This document shows, in pieces, positions 10,471 to 20,925 of a stretch of 31,820 nt of DNA. The notes below the pieces were generated by a model. That model was not told where the DNA came from. It ran no database searches and worked only from the letters and a program-made list of their open reading frames with translations. Position 1 is the first letter of the stretch. The number at the start of each line of letters is the position of its first letter. A program made the position numbers and the translations under genes. The stretch is from positions 1-31,820 of the IMG/VR virus record IMGVR_UViG_3300046820_002180. One strand, 5' to 3'. This stretch comes from a virus. Its lineage: Duplodnaviria; Heunggongvirae; Uroviricota; Caudoviricetes.

Positions 10471-11276
10471 TGAAAGTTTTAAAAAACATTAGAGATAATA
10501 TATTTTTTAATTTAGAAACCAACTTTAAACCTGATTTAGGAAGAGAAGATGCGTTAGAACAATTTGAAAATGAAACAGTAAGGACAATCATTAATCCGGT
10601 TGATAATTACGAAACTATGAGGTTTATACATAAACCTTATTCTGGTATCACATCACATTCTACCGACACTCAATCAGACATTTGGTTTTATTTTTATTTC
10701 TATAATCAAAGTGGAACACATAGTGGTGGGTTAGACTATTCCTTAATTGGTATTGACCATAAGGAAAATGCACAACAATTAATTCACACAACTAAATCGT
10801 TTTTTAGATTGGAATTTTTTATCGTTCCTGACGGAGAAAATCCCGACAGAACAAATAGAAAATTAGTTTTTGCTAAAAATCTTTCATTACCATTAGGTGA
10901 GAAAGTTTTTTACACAGGATTCAATGATTATATAAGTGTACCAATATTCAACGGTTCAAATTATAGAAATAAAGAAAATATGTATCTGTTTTGGTTCCAA
11001 GACGACGACGCGTTCAGAGGAACTATGTTAACAGGAACAACATTTTATATGACGGCTAGATTTTTTAATGGTGAAGATGGAACAGTTTTAAACTTTTCAA
11101 ACACATCATTGGCAACTAACGCTTCAGTTTTAGAATATAGAGATTTATATTATAAGGTAACCATAGACAGGACGGATTATTCTTATCAAGTGTTTAGATA
11201 TTCAGGAACCACAGGAACCAGAATTGGTGAATCGGGAGACCCCATAAAATTTTATGAAATAGTATCTGGAGGATAA
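10470..11276 (+). CDS. Putative virion structural protein (268 aa)
   Basis: TAATG-coupled ORF within the structural operon. Confidence 0.6.
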   Translation: MKVLKNIRDNIFFNLETNFKPDLGREDALEQFENETVRTIINPVDNYETMRFIHKPYSGITSHSTDTQSDIWFYFYFYNQSGTHSGGLDYSLIGIDHKENAQQLIHTTKSFFRLEFFIVPDGENPDRTNRKLVFAKNLSLPLGEKVFYTGFNDYISVPIFNGSNYRNKENMYLFWFQDDDAFRGTMLTGTTFYMTARFFNGEDGTVLNFSNTSLATNASVLEYRDLYYKVTIDRTDYSYQVFRYSGTTGTRIGESGDPIKFYEIVSGG

Positions 11277-12211
11277 TGAATAAAGTAACACATACCATAT
11301 TAAAAACCACAACAGGTCAAACTTTTAATTTACCACTATTTTTAGAACAAAGTATTAAGGATTTGGGAATTATGATTGGGTTTGATGGTAATATTGGTCA
11401 AACTCAACAGATATGTAATTTTACATATAAAGGTAATGGTAATTCAGTTACTGTTTACAATACTGTTAACACAACAAGGTACGGAGCATTAATTGACGCA
11501 ATCTTTACAGTTAAATGGGGAGACGGTGCAACAAGTACACTTACAATGCCGGTTATGAATATCGACGACGTGAGTTTACCAAGTGCTTCACACACATATT
11601 CAAGTAATGGAACATACATTATTGAAGTTACAGTAAGTTCTCCTTGGGACGTTAGAAAGGTAAAAAAGACAATAAAAATCCCCTTTGTTCAATCCTTTGG
11701 GTACCCAACTGATTTAGGGCAATTAACTTTTGACGTTCCGTATAGTGAAGGAGATACACAATCACAAACCTATCTACAAGATTATAGAACCCTAACAGGT
11801 GCCACTAATAGTACCACGGTTACCTTTTTGGGTATTGGTAAAAGTAGAATTGATGAGAAAAAATTATATGGAACAAATGCGGGTTACACAGGGGTAACAG
11901 TTACTTTAGAATATTCAGGATATACAATTGACGGGTTGGTTTATAGAGATTATGAAGATGGGTATACGCATATATCAGGAGTGACTTCAGGAACCACAGA
12001 AACATTTTTTCAAGACGAAATCTACAACGGAATGATTACAAGAAATGAACATTTTTTAGGATTTGTAGACGACCCACAAATTTTTTCAGATGTTTTTGTT
12101 GAGAGAGGACAGATGGGAGTTATGGAAAGAAACTTCAGATTGACCGAAATGGACAACACAGGAGAATTAGATGTTTATGGAAATGGATATTTTAAAGTAC
12201 GAAAACAATAA
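11276..12211 (+). CDS. PKD-like domain-containing virion protein (311 aa)
   Basis: FTVKWGDGATST...SASHTYSSNGTYIIEVTV matches the PKD signature (WGDG...HTY..G.Y). TAATG-coupled. Confidence 0.7.
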   Translation: MNKVTHTILKTTTGQTFNLPLFLEQSIKDLGIMIGFDGNIGQTQQICNFTYKGNGNSVTVYNTVNTTRYGALIDAIFTVKWGDGATSTLTMPVMNIDDVSLPSASHTYSSNGTYIIEVTVSSPWDVRKVKKTIKIPFVQSFGYPTDLGQLTFDVPYSEGDTQSQTYLQDYRTLTGATNSTTVTFLGIGKSRIDEKKLYGTNAGYTGVTVTLEYSGYTIDGLVYRDYEDGYTHISGVTSGTTETFFQDEIYNGMITRNEHFLGFVDDPQIFSDVFVERGQMGVMERNFRLTEMDNTGELDVYGNGYFKVRKQ

Positions 12212-12217
12212 AAATTA

Positions 12218-12224
12218 TATTTAT
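12218..12224 (+). promoter_or_regulatory. TATTTAT motif, putative late promoter
   Basis: In the 29-nt intergenic gap, 16 nt upstream of the ATG at 12241. Confidence 0.55.
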
Positions 12225-12240
12225 AGATAAATAATAAAAG

Positions 12241-13149
12241 ATGGCAGTAGGAAGTTACGGAACTATAAGACCTGCGGATGTTTCACCGGCCGATGTTGAT
12301 ATATATTATCACTTCGTTTCGGGTAGAACCGCTAGTACAGAAGTTCAATTTGAGAAGATAGATAACTCACAAGATATATTAACACCTGTATTCCACAATG
12401 ATTCAACAGGTGGTAATTCAGGTACTGAACTATTGGGTGGTATGTATAACCTAAAACTAGAATCATCAAGATTCTCTGAGTTGGGTATATATACATTATA
12501 CTTGAGACCAAAACAAATCAGAACAGTTGTTTCTGATTGTGGTGTATTGTCATCATTACCATCGGTTAGAGGATTGATTATTGACATTTCCCAAATCGAC
12601 GCTGGCGACACTAACAAATTTACACCCCAAGGTTTAGTAGGTTACCGAGTTGAGTACTTGGATGATTCAGGTGCTAAGATTCCTAATTTTTTTAGAATTG
12701 TTACCTCATCTTTTTACTGTGAACCAGTGTTATCGAATTTAACAAATTCATCACAAAAAGCAATTAGATACAGATATTCTGATATAACAACAAACTTAAT
12801 GTTTTTGACATTAACACCAAGCTCTTCACCGTCTAGTAGACCTAATACCATACCATTTATTGGTCAACCAAATCAAAATATCATTCTAACAAATACACAT
12901 TTTAATCCTGTTATGTTAGAAGTTGAAATGGTAGAACACGATGCAACAACATTGGCACACGCACTTTACGGTAATCAAAGTAAGTCGGTTGTTGATGGAA
13001 TTTACACGATTTATGACCAAAATAATAATATCTATAAGCAGTTTAACTTATACGAAATTAAAGACGATATTAACGAGACACTATACGAAATAAGAGAGAA
13101 GAATGATAATATCGACGAAACATTAAATTTTGATGTTATAACTCAATAA
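12241..13149 (+). CDS. Putative virion structural protein (302 aa)
   Basis: Clean ORF with an A-rich leader, TAATG-coupled to the 2137-aa gene. Confidence 0.6.
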   Translation: MAVGSYGTIRPADVSPADVDIYYHFVSGRTASTEVQFEKIDNSQDILTPVFHNDSTGGNSGTELLGGMYNLKLESSRFSELGIYTLYLRPKQIRTVVSDCGVLSSLPSVRGLIIDISQIDAGDTNKFTPQGLVGYRVEYLDDSGAKIPNFFRIVTSSFYCEPVLSNLTNSSQKAIRYRYSDITTNLMFLTLTPSSSPSSRPNTIPFIGQPNQNIILTNTHFNPVMLEVEMVEHDATTLAHALYGNQSKSVVDGIYTIYDQNNNIYKQFNLYEIKDDINETLYEIREKNDNIDETLNFDVITQ

Positions 13150-16100
13150 TGGCTAAAATAACAAGAAAGGTCCCATATCAGGCGGCTAGTGGTGGTGAAA
13201 CGTTCAATGACAAGCTCATCGGTTTACAAATAACTGATGGTTCTAGTCAATTGGCCAATACCCAATTCCTTATTGATAGAGTAATTCCTGAAAAAGACAG
13301 TAAGACTTTTCACACACAACCATTTTCTGATTTCCTTACTTTAGATACATTAAAAGAAGAAACGAATTCAATTTATGATAATAACTCTACAGGTATTAAT
13401 TTACCTGATAGAAGTAAAAAAATTAAATTTCATAATTCTAAAAACGATGCGTCAAAATCTTTATTTGGTTCCTTATCAACAAGATTAAATGGTGCGGTTG
13501 GGAATATCATCGAAAGTTTTCCTGCCGCGTTATTGGTTGACGTCGACTCACCAGTTTCATCAACTAATGTTAGTGCGGTATTAACGGGTGCAACTCTCGG
13601 GTACGACCCAATTTCAAACACCACACAATTCCAATTTAAAAAATCTTTAATTTACAATCCATTTGATATTGTTATTCAAAGACCTCAAGGGGTTGAAGTT
13701 TTACAATCAACTAATTCATATAGAGATTTTTATTCATCATATACAAAATATGTGGTGGATAACCTCAGTGGTTCAACATATGAAATCGTTTCATACGAAG
13801 AACCTGATAATGATGGTTTTATTACATTAAAAGTAAAAGGATATTGTTTCGGTGGATATTCAATCTACACTGATAACTTTTTAATTAGACCAAATAATGG
13901 TGTAACTGAAGAATTCTTCAATAGTCTTGATGAATTAGAAACCGTATTATTAGATAGAGAATCAACACCCAAATATACCGCAGCATTTAGAATACCGACA
14001 GATTTATATGATGGAGCAGTCACAGAATTACAAAGTGAATTTGCAACTTGGCCATTAAGTCGAGATGGGTGGAACATACAAATAGTTGGTCTTGATTACG
14101 AATCATACGTTTCCGAATTAAGTAATATAGGTAATATTGTTGACGATTATAAATCAAACTTAATCATTAGATTTATGACGTCACCGCAACTTTATGAATT
14201 CGATACTGAAGGAAAAAAGGCGGAGGCAATCTTCCAACTTTATGGACAGAGTTTCGATAAGGTAAAGAAGTTTATTGACAATATTGCGTTTATGAGAAAT
14301 GTTAGCTATGATAAAGCTAACAACGTACCTGACGTATTGTTAAAAAATTTAGCGGAAACATTAGGTCTATCAACAGTCAATCTTTATGATGAAAAGTCAT
14401 TAGAAGAAACTCTTTATACAAGACATACTTCACAATACGAAGGACTTAATATAGGTGCTAATTTATTAGAGGGTGAGTATGAATTTTACAGAAGATTAAT
14501 TGTAAACCTTGCACAATTATATAAATCAAAAGGTACAAGATTAGCGATTGAATTCTTTTTAAAATTCATCGGTGCTCCTGAACCTATGATAAGGTTGGAT
14601 GAATACATCTATCGAGTTGATAGTTTACTACCAAAGGCCACATATGAAAATGATATTAGAGATGTAATCAATGGAGTAAAAGAATTTCAACACGTTGAGT
14701 TTGTACCATTTGCACAAACAATTGATGGTGTTGATTACAATGCATACACTTATAGATTGGTGACCACATCTGGTTCAACCGTACTATCAAGAAGTCAATA
14801 CCCTGTAACAACTGATGGATTACCGAGAGGATTGGAAAGTTCCGATGGTTCATTGTATTTTGCAATGGGTGCCGGTTGGTATAGAAAAACATTAGACCAC
14901 AGGTCTGGTGATATCTTAGACGTTGAAAATTCAGTACTTACGGGTAATACTAAAGTTCTTAAAACAAAATCAAAACCATTTACATATGGTGAAGATTATT
15001 TTAATAACTACAGAAAATTACCTGGTTTAGATTATGGTTACGATTTAAACATCGAAATTGATAATAGAAAAACTGAAGTATTAGATGACGATGGTAATTT
15101 TACATATAAATTAAACAGAAAAAATATTAATATTTTCTTAGATGGTTCAAGAGCAATCGATTATGACATCTATAGAAAAAGTAGAAACTTAACGTTGACT
15201 TTTGGTACTTTACCACCACAGGAAAGACCATCATTCGCCGAGTTTTTAAAAGAAGCGGTTAGTCAAGTAATTAGAAATTCAAGTACAATTAAGTACAAGA
15301 AAGAATACAGACTATTAAAACAAGTCTATGAATCGTATGTAAATAGCGTTTCATTTACACCGTACAATTACATTAAAATAAATGAATTTATTCAAAGAAT
15401 GAGTCCATATTGGGTTAATGTAATTGACCAATTCGTTCCTGCAACGACCCAATGGTTGGGAGGTAACTTAATAGAAAACGGAATATTCGGTAGGTCTAAA
15501 TTCCAATACAAACAACCTTGTACACCAAAAGAATTTGTTGAGGTATTATATCCTGATTTCGAAACTGTAATTGAGGAAGACTTAGAAACAATTTTAGGTG
15601 GAGGGACTACATCATATGAAAACGCATCCAATGAAGATAGTCTAAGAGGATTATTTTCATTTAGCGGTTTAACATATACAATTTATTTAAACATAAATGG
15701 TAATATCTATTCAGGAACAAGTTCAAACTTACGTTCAGAGCTTTTCTCAGGATACACACCAACGGTTAGATGTACTTCATTAACTCAAACATCTTTATCT
15801 GTTCCATTAATTTGTGATTACAAAAATTGGATTAATTTAAATTTACCATTAATTAAAAACAAATGGAAAGAAACATTAACAAATTTAGTACAAACAATTA
15901 ATAGTCAAATAACTCAAGACAACTATGGTTGTATTGATGATTATGCACCATACACGGCAAAGACACAAACAGCGAATTGTTCTCAAATTTATAAAAAGAC
16001 ACTTTCGTTAGAATATTTCTTAGATATTGATGGTGTTGAAAAGGTAAGATTTACATTAGATACTACCGATTGTAGAAACGGTGAAGATATTGATTTTTAT

Positions 16101-19100
16101 TTTGAACCGAATTATGGTTTAGATAAAGACGAATGTAATTTAAGAGTTGAATTGTCAGGACCGGCAATACCATATCAAGGAGTTACAAAAAATTGTCAAT
16201 TAGTTGAAGACGTATACATAACTGTTACAGGAGTAACAACAGGTGTTGAAAATAATGGTATTTGGGATTTAAACATATACGTTACAAGTGGAACAACTTG
16301 TAACTCGGGTGTATGTACTGATTGTGATTTTATTGAAATCAATGACCCTAAACCAATTAAGAGAGCAATATATGCTGACGATTTACAGTTAGTTACTTGT
16401 ACATATATCATCCCTAATGTTAAAGAAACAGACGTATATGATATTATTGTTTCCGACGCCGCAAACTGTGAACAAAAATTTAGAATTGAAGGATTACAAC
16501 AAAAGATAGTTAAAATTTCTGATGAAGTAAGTGGTTATACTATAAATCCAAAAGTTCAATACAAAACATCTTTCGATTATGGTATAAAGAAAGGGACCGA
16601 AATTTACAAATATATTTCAGGGTCAGTTCCAACAACTTGGCAAGGACTACAAAGTACTCTATCATCTGGTGGAGTTGTTGAGACATCAATCGAAGATATT
16701 GAAATAGGTGACACGATTTTAAGTATAAGTCAAAAAGATTGTAATTTACTTCCAACGGAAATGTTTAAGTTCGTTGAGAGTAACGGTTATCAATTTACCT
16801 TTGATTATTCATTAATAAAAGTAGTAAGAAAAGAATGTTTAAGTTCAATTAAGAAAGATGTTATTAATGGTGAGTTTGAAGTGTTACCAACAAGTAAAGT
16901 TTTGGTATACACTAACATTAATGAATACTTAGAAACTGTTCCATATCATTTTACATACAAATATCCTGAAGATTTATTTGTAAGACCTGAACAACCTGAA
17001 GTACCTTGTTGTGAATATCCTGAAGGACATTTTCAGAGTGGAGACTTTATGATAAGTCAATACGGTTTTCCTATTGAGGTAACAAGTGTTGATTTAAATT
17101 ATTGTAATAGAGGAATTTACTACACATTAGTAACATCAGGAACTTCAATCAATTCAGATACAATCTTATTTAATGGACCTTCAAGTGGTATTAATAGAAT
17201 TGTTGTGTCAACTAAAAATGATTCAGCATTCATTAGTCCATTTACAGGAAATAAATTTGAGTGTTTAGATATTGATACTCAACAATATTATTTAGGTTAT
17301 GAATGTGATAACGTACCGAGTGTTGAAAGTTTATTAAGATTAACAGGTTGTACCGATGGTAATTGTACTCAAGTACAGGCAGGACCAAATACACAAAGGT
17401 CATATATTGCTGAAGATACTACACCAACACCAACACCTAGTCCAACTCCAACTCCTACACCGACCCCTACAGGTACACCTACACCTACACCTACACCGAC
17501 ATCAACACCTACACCGACTAGTACTCCCACACCTACCGCAACAGGTACACCTACACCAACACCAACAATTACCCCAACACCTACCGCAACAGGTACACCT
17601 ACACCAACACCAACAATTACCCCAACACCTACCGCAACAGGTACACCTACACCAACACCAACAATTACCCCAACACCTACCGCAACAGGTACACCTACAC
17701 CAACACCAACAATTACCCCAACTCCTGTTTGTAACTTTAATGTGGGTGTAATTTTAGTATCGTCAACCCCAACTCCAACACCTACATCAACATCAACACC
17801 AACACCAACGCCTGTTTGTGACTTTAATGTAGGGGTTACTATTATAGCTTCAACACCGACTCCAACACCTACATCTACACCGACCCCAACTCCAACACCT
17901 GTTTGTGATTTTAACATAGGTGTTAACATTATTGCATCAACTCCAACTCCTACACCAACACCTACGAGTACTCCAACTCCTACCCCAACACCAACACCTA
18001 CACCGGTTTGTGATTTCGGTATTGGAGTGATAGTTATTGCATCTACACCAACTCCAACACCTACACCAACACCAACTAACACACCTACCAGTACTCCTAC
18101 GCCAACTCCGACACCTACACCAACTCCGGTTTGTGAATTTGGAATTGGAGTAACGATTATTGCATCTACACCAACACCAACACCCACTCCAACTAGTACA
18201 CCAACTAGTACTCCTACCAATACACCAACTGTAACTCCAACACCTACACCGGTTTGTGAATTTGGAATTGGAACAATTATTATCGCATCAACTCCAACAC
18301 CTACACCTACTAGCACACCAACACCGACAGCGACTGCTACACCAACACCAACTGCAACTGCAACTCCGACATCAACACCAACTAGTACACCAACTAGCAC
18401 ACCGACACCAACGGCAACTCCAATATGTGAATTTGGAATTGGAACAATTATTATCGCGTCAACACCGACTCCTACACCTACTAGCACACCGACTAATACA
18501 CCAACGCCAACACCTACAAGTACACCTACACCAACTGCCACAGGTACACCTACACCTACACCAACTAGTACACCAACTAGTACACCAACTAGTACACCAA
18601 CTAGTACGCCAACACCAACTGCAACTCCGGTTTGTGAATTTGGAATTGGGGTGATAGTTATTGCATCAACTCCAACACCTACACCTACAAGTACACCTAC
18701 ACCAACTGCAACTCCAACCGCAACTCCAACATCAACACCAGTACCACCTACAGAAACTCCTACACCTACACCAACAAGTACACCAACACCAACAAGTACA
18801 CCAACACCAACAGCTACAGCAACTCCAACGCCAACTGCAACTCCAATATGTGAATTTGGAATTGGTGTGGTAGTTATTGCTTCGACCCCAACACCGACCC
18901 CAACTAATACACCAACTAGCACACCGACCCCAACGCCGACTAATACACCAATACCAACTGACACTCCAACACCGACACCTACTAATACACCAATACCAAC
19001 CGACACACCAACGCCAACACCAACTAACACACCTACTAATACACCAATACCAACCGACACACCAACGCCAACACCAACTAACACACCTACGCCAACACCA

Positions 19101-19562
19101 ACTAACACACCTACCCCTACACCAACAGAGACCCCAACACCTTGTGTGGCGACTATTACTAATACAAGTAACCCAACAAGTTGTGGATTTAACGCTGACG
19201 GTTCATTAACATTAAATGGTTCAGGTGGGGTTGGTCCGTACACGTATTATTTATATGAGGACACAACATTCCCTTATGAAACATCGGGAGGTAGTGTTTA
19301 TCCTGGATTCCCTGTAACTAACCAAACAGGTGGTTACAATGTAACAGGATTAGTACCTGGTGGATATTACTTAAGAATTGTAGATGCGAACGGATGTGAA
19401 GACTTTAGTGAAGTTGTGGTATTACCATATGACGACACTACTTGTGTGACCCCACCACCAACAACATATTTCTGTAAAGAAAATGAAATGAGTCCTTGTC
19501 TTGAACAAGTAAGTCCTTGTACCGGAAGCCAAATAGTTTGTACACAATTTGAACAAGTTTAA
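13149..19562 (+). CDS. Giant baseplate wedge protein (gp7 / P2 gpI-like region) fused to a degenerate Hint domain, a Thr-Pro stalk with nine Cys beads, an SprB-type repeat and a Cys-rich tip
   Basis: [14 protein letters not shown]...[28 protein letters not shown] is the P2-I/gp7-type signature. Hint-like blocks at 16581-17219, TP region at 17418-19142, SprB-like repeat from 19143. Confidence 0.75.
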   Translation: MAKITRKVPYQAASGGETFNDKLIGLQITDGSSQLANTQFLIDRVIPEKDSKTFHTQPFSDFLTLDTLKEETNSIYDNNSTGINLPDRSKKIKFHNSKNDASKSLFGSLSTRLNGAVGNIIESFPAALLVDVDSPVSSTNVSAVLTGATLGYDPISNTTQFQFKKSLIYNPFDIVIQRPQGVEVLQSTNSYRDFYSSYTKYVVDNLSGSTYEIVSYEEPDNDGFITLKVKGYCFGGYSIYTDNFLIRPNNGVTEEFFNSLDELETVLLDRESTPKYTAAFRIPTDLYDGAVTELQSEFATWPLSRDGWNIQIVGLDYESYVSELSNIGNIVDDYKSNLIIRFMTSPQLYEFDTEGKKAEAIFQLYGQSFDKVKKFIDNIAFMRNVSYDKANNVPDVLLKNLAETLGLSTVNLYDEKSLEETLYTRHTSQYEGLNIGANLLEGEYEFYRRLIVNLAQLYKSKGTRLAIEFFLKFIGAPEPMIRLDEYIYRVDSLLPKATYENDIRDVINGVKEFQHVEFVPFAQTIDGVDYNAYTYRLVTTSGSTVLSRSQYPVTTDGLPRGLESSDGSLYFAMGAGWYRKTLDHRSGDILDVENSVLTGNTKVLKTKSKPFTYGEDYFNNYRKLPGLDYGYDLNIEIDNRKTEVLDDDGNFTYKLNRKNINIFLDGSRAIDYDIYRKSRNLTLTFGTLPPQERPSFAEFLKEAVSQVIRNSSTIKYKKEYRLLKQVYESYVNSVSFTPYNYIKINEFIQRMSPYWVNVIDQFVPATTQWLGGNLIENGIFGRSKFQYKQPCTPKEFVEVLYPDFETVIEEDLETILGGGTTSYENASNEDSLRGLFSFSGLTYTIYLNINGNIYSGTSSNLRSELFSGYTPTVRCTSLTQTSLSVPLICDYKNWINLNLPLIKNKWKETLTNLVQTINSQITQDNYGCIDDYAPYTAKTQTANCSQIYKKTLSLEYFLDIDGVEKVRFTLDTTDCRNGEDIDFYFEPNYGLDKDECNLRVELSGPAIPYQGVTKNCQLVEDVYITVTGVTTGVENNGIWDLNIYVTSGTTCNSGVCTDCDFIEINDPKPIKRAIYADDLQLVTCTYIIPNVKETDVYDIIVSDAANCEQKFRIEGLQQKIVKISDEVSGYTINPKVQYKTSFDYGIKKGTEIYKYISGSVPTTWQGLQSTLSSGGVVETSIEDIEIGDTILSISQKDCNLLPTEMFKFVESNGYQFTFDYSLIKVVRKECLSSIKKDVINGEFEVLPTSKVLVYTNINEYLETVPYHFTYKYPEDLFVRPEQPEVPCCEYPEGHFQSGDFMISQYGFPIEVTSVDLNYCNRGIYYTLVTSGTSINSDTILFNGPSSGINRIVVSTKNDSAFISPFTGNKFECLDIDTQQYYLGYECDNVPSVESLLRLTGCTDGNCTQVQAGPNTQRSYIAEDTTPTPTPSPTPTPTPTPTGTPTPTPTPTSTPTPTSTPTPTATGTPTPTPTITPTPTATGTPTPTPTITPTPTATGTPTPTPTITPTPTATGTPTPTPTITPTPVCNFNVGVILVSSTPTPTPTSTSTPTPTPVCDFNVGVTIIASTPTPTPTSTPTPTPTPVCDFNIGVNIIASTPTPTPTPTSTPTPTPTPTPTPVCDFGIGVIVIASTPTPTPTPTPTNTPTSTPTPTPTPTPTPVCEFGIGVTIIASTPTPTPTPTSTPTSTPTNTPTVTPTPTPVCEFGIGTIIIASTPTPTPTSTPTPTATATPTPTATATPTSTPTSTPTSTPTPTATPICEFGIGTIIIASTPTPTPTSTPTNTPTPTPTSTPTPTATGTPTPTPTSTPTSTPTSTPTSTPTPTATPVCEFGIGVIVIASTPTPTPTSTPTPTATPTATPTSTPVPPTETPTPTPTSTPTPTSTPTPTATATPTPTATPICEFGIGVVVIASTPTPTPTNTPTSTPTPTPTNTPIPTDTPTPTPTNTPIPTDTPTPTPTNTPTNTPIPTDTPTPTPTNTPTPTPTNTPTPTPTETPTPCVATITNTSNPTSCGFNADGSLTLNGSGGVGPYTYYLYEDTTFPYETSGGSVYPGFPVTNQTGGYNVTGLVPGGYYLRIVDANGCEDFSEVVVLPYDDTTCVTPPPTTYFCKENEMSPCLEQVSPCTGSQIVCTQFEQV
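16581..17219 (+). other. Degenerate (probably catalytically dead) Hint/intein-like domain inside the 2137-aa protein
   Basis: Ordered blocks [42 protein letters not shown]...[26 protein letters not shown]...DTILFNG...IVVSTKN follow the Hint pattern. Cys1 is replaced by Gly, the TxxH His is missing and there is no HN. Confidence 0.6.
17418..19142 (+). repeat. Thr-Pro (mucin-like) coding repeat, about 575 aa, interrupted by nine P[VI]CxFx[VI]Gxx[ILV][IV][AS]S units
   Basis: ACN-CCN codon repeats. Cys codons at 17730, 17817, 17904, 18009, 18132, 18255, 18426, 18633 and 18849. Confidence 0.97.
17529..17720 (+). repeat. Perfect tandem repeat, 4 x 48 bp ([16 protein letters not shown])
   Basis: Unit acacctaccgcaacaggtacacctacaccaacaccaacaattacccca at 17529, 17577, 17625 and 17673. 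Confidence 0.95.
19143..19430 (+). other. SprB-type repeat domain (Bacteroidota adhesin-like)
   Basis: [25 protein letters not shown]...[18 protein letters not shown] matches the SprB repeat pattern SC...DGSI....SGG..PYTY...GL..G.Y...V.DANGC. Confidence 0.8.
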
Positions 19563-19590
19563 GCCTTTAGAATTATAATAAAAAATAAGA

Positions 19591-19597
19591 TATTTAT
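19591..19597 (+). promoter_or_regulatory. TATTTAT motif, putative late promoter of the Hint + 228-aa cassette
   Basis: 22 nt upstream of the ATG at 19620. Confidence 0.55.
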
Positions 19598-19619
19598 ATA
19601 AAACAAAACAAGCGCTAAA

Positions 19620-20123
19620 ATGAAAAATAATCAAAAAGGATGTTTAATCCAAGGAACATTAATCTCAATGGCTGACGGAACTTCAAAATTAATTGAAGAA
19701 GTTGTTGTTGGTGATGAAGTTAAATCAATTAAATTAAATCAAGAAGCTGGAGTATTTGAAGAAGTTGTAGGTACTGTTGTTGAATTACAACAAGCTGAAA
19801 CTGAATTAGTATACTCAATAAACAATGGTTTAATCGTTGCATCTGAAGACCATAAACATATTGTTAGACAAAAAACACCAGAAGGTGATGCGTACACTGA
19901 AAGATGGATTGTATGTGACACTACTTTTGTTGTTGCTGATGATAAAATGATGGGTGCGGATGGTATTGAAATTGAAGTAACGGATAAAGAAGAGGTTACA
20001 GGAACTAAAACAGTTCATAACTTAGTGATAGAAAACCATAACACATTTATTGCAAATGGTGTTATAACCTATAACGAGATTTTACCTGAGGTAACGGAAG
20101 AAGAAACTCCGGCAGGAGAGTAA
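19620..20123 (+). CDS. Free-standing Hint (bacterial intein-like, BIL-type) domain protein
   Basis: G|CLIQGTLISMADG, IEEVVVGDEV, block B ASEDH, block F/G VHNLVIENHNTFIANGVITYN. The Hint spans residues 8-152, with a 7-aa N-flank and a 15-aa acidic C-flank. Confidence 0.88.
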   Translation: MKNNQKGCLIQGTLISMADGTSKLIEEVVVGDEVKSIKLNQEAGVFEEVVGTVVELQQAETELVYSINNGLIVASEDHKHIVRQKTPEGDAYTERWIVCDTTFVVADDKMMGADGIEIEVTDKEEVTGTKTVHNLVIENHNTFIANGVITYNEILPEVTEEETPAGE

Positions 20124-20141
20124 TTTAAACAAATTTAAAAT

Positions 20142-20828
20142 ATGTTAGCAAGATTTTATTTATCAGGACCATTTTCAGCATCGACATTGTCTGATAATTT
20201 TACAATAGTGGGTAACCCTGGTAATTACATAACCACGGGTGTAACAAAGTCACAAATGCAATATCCTTCATATAAAGAGATTGTATTTCTCGATTCAGTG
20301 ACAGGAGGTACAGTTACCGCAGTTGGTGGTACTTGTAACGGAACATCAGTAAATTGGTCCGTGATTCAAGCAACCCCAACCCCAACACCAACACCAACTC
20401 CAACACAAACACAAGGAGATGGATTATGTTACAGTTATGAAGTTAGTGATACTGTAAATCAAAATAATTATGGTGTAAGATATACTGACCCTAACGTTGG
20501 TACAAGTCAAGATGTTAAATTTAATATGTTACCGGGAGATGATGGTAATAGTTTTACAACATTCAACATATGTAGTACTGTTGACCCAACATTACTTGAT
20601 TACACAGGAGGTTCTCCTACTGGTGTTGGTTCGGTACCTGGTGTGGCACGTTTTGGTGGTCTTACTCCTTGTGAATCATCTTTTGATTGTACCACACCAC
20701 CAGCAACTGAATACTGTTATGTGAACGGACAATCTGTAGTAGTGGGACCTTTCTCTACATTACAAGAATGTCAAGCAGCTGCAGGTTCTTTTGTATGTAA
20801 CCAATGTGTTGGTACTCCACAACCTTAA
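20142..20828 (+). CDS. TP-linker, Cys-rich modular protein (228 aa), putative virion decoration/adhesin
   Basis: Small N-domain with a single Cys, a TP linker, a module shared with the next gene and a Cys-rich tip. No signal peptide. Confidence 0.7.
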   Translation: MLARFYLSGPFSASTLSDNFTIVGNPGNYITTGVTKSQMQYPSYKEIVFLDSVTGGTVTAVGGTCNGTSVNWSVIQATPTPTPTPTPTQTQGDGLCYSYEVSDTVNQNNYGVRYTDPNVGTSQDVKFNMLPGDDGNSFTTFNICSTVDPTLLDYTGGSPTGVGSVPGVARFGGLTPCESSFDCTTPPATEYCYVNGQSVVVGPFSTLQECQAAAGSFVCNQCVGTPQP

Positions 20829-20853
20829 AAGTATAATTAAAATTTATAAAATT

Positions 20854-20881
20854 AAACCCCTTTATTTTAAGGGGTTTTTTT
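20854..20881 (+). terminator. Rho-independent terminator
   Basis: AAACCCCTT-TATTTT-AAGGGGTTT followed by a T run. Confidence 0.85.
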
Positions 20882-20913
20882 ATGGTTTATTTTTAATAAA
20901 AAAAAGGATATAC

Positions 20914-20920
20914 TATTTAT
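20914..20920 (+). promoter_or_regulatory. TATTTAT motif, putative late promoter
   Basis: 5 nt upstream of the ATG at 20926. Confidence 0.6.
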
Positions 20921-20925
20921 GTATT

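Noticed and set aside
2585-13149. Bacterial contractile injection system or tailocin, or an NCLDV origin
   Set aside because: Baseplate genes are flanked by phage-type RNR, resolvase, primase and gp47-like genes with a shared phage promoter motif. NCLDVs lack baseplates.
17418-19142. Repeat-spacer appearance suggesting a CRISPR array
   Set aside because: Units are in-frame coding, vary at wobble positions, and the 'spacers' are low-complexity TP codons of uneven length. No cas genes are present.
17356-19209. His/Gln/Leu-rich ORFs in alternative + frames
   Set aside because: Frame-shifted readings of the TP repeat.
17369-19243. 624-aa Gly-Val ORF on the minus strand
   Set aside because: It is the antisense shadow of the ACN-CCN Thr-Pro repeat, which cannot produce stops in that frame. 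It has no independent expression signals.
20791-20925. N-terminal extension of the 621-aa ORF call
   Set aside because: It overlaps the upstream gene and spans a terminator and promoter motif. The ATG at 20926 is the better start.
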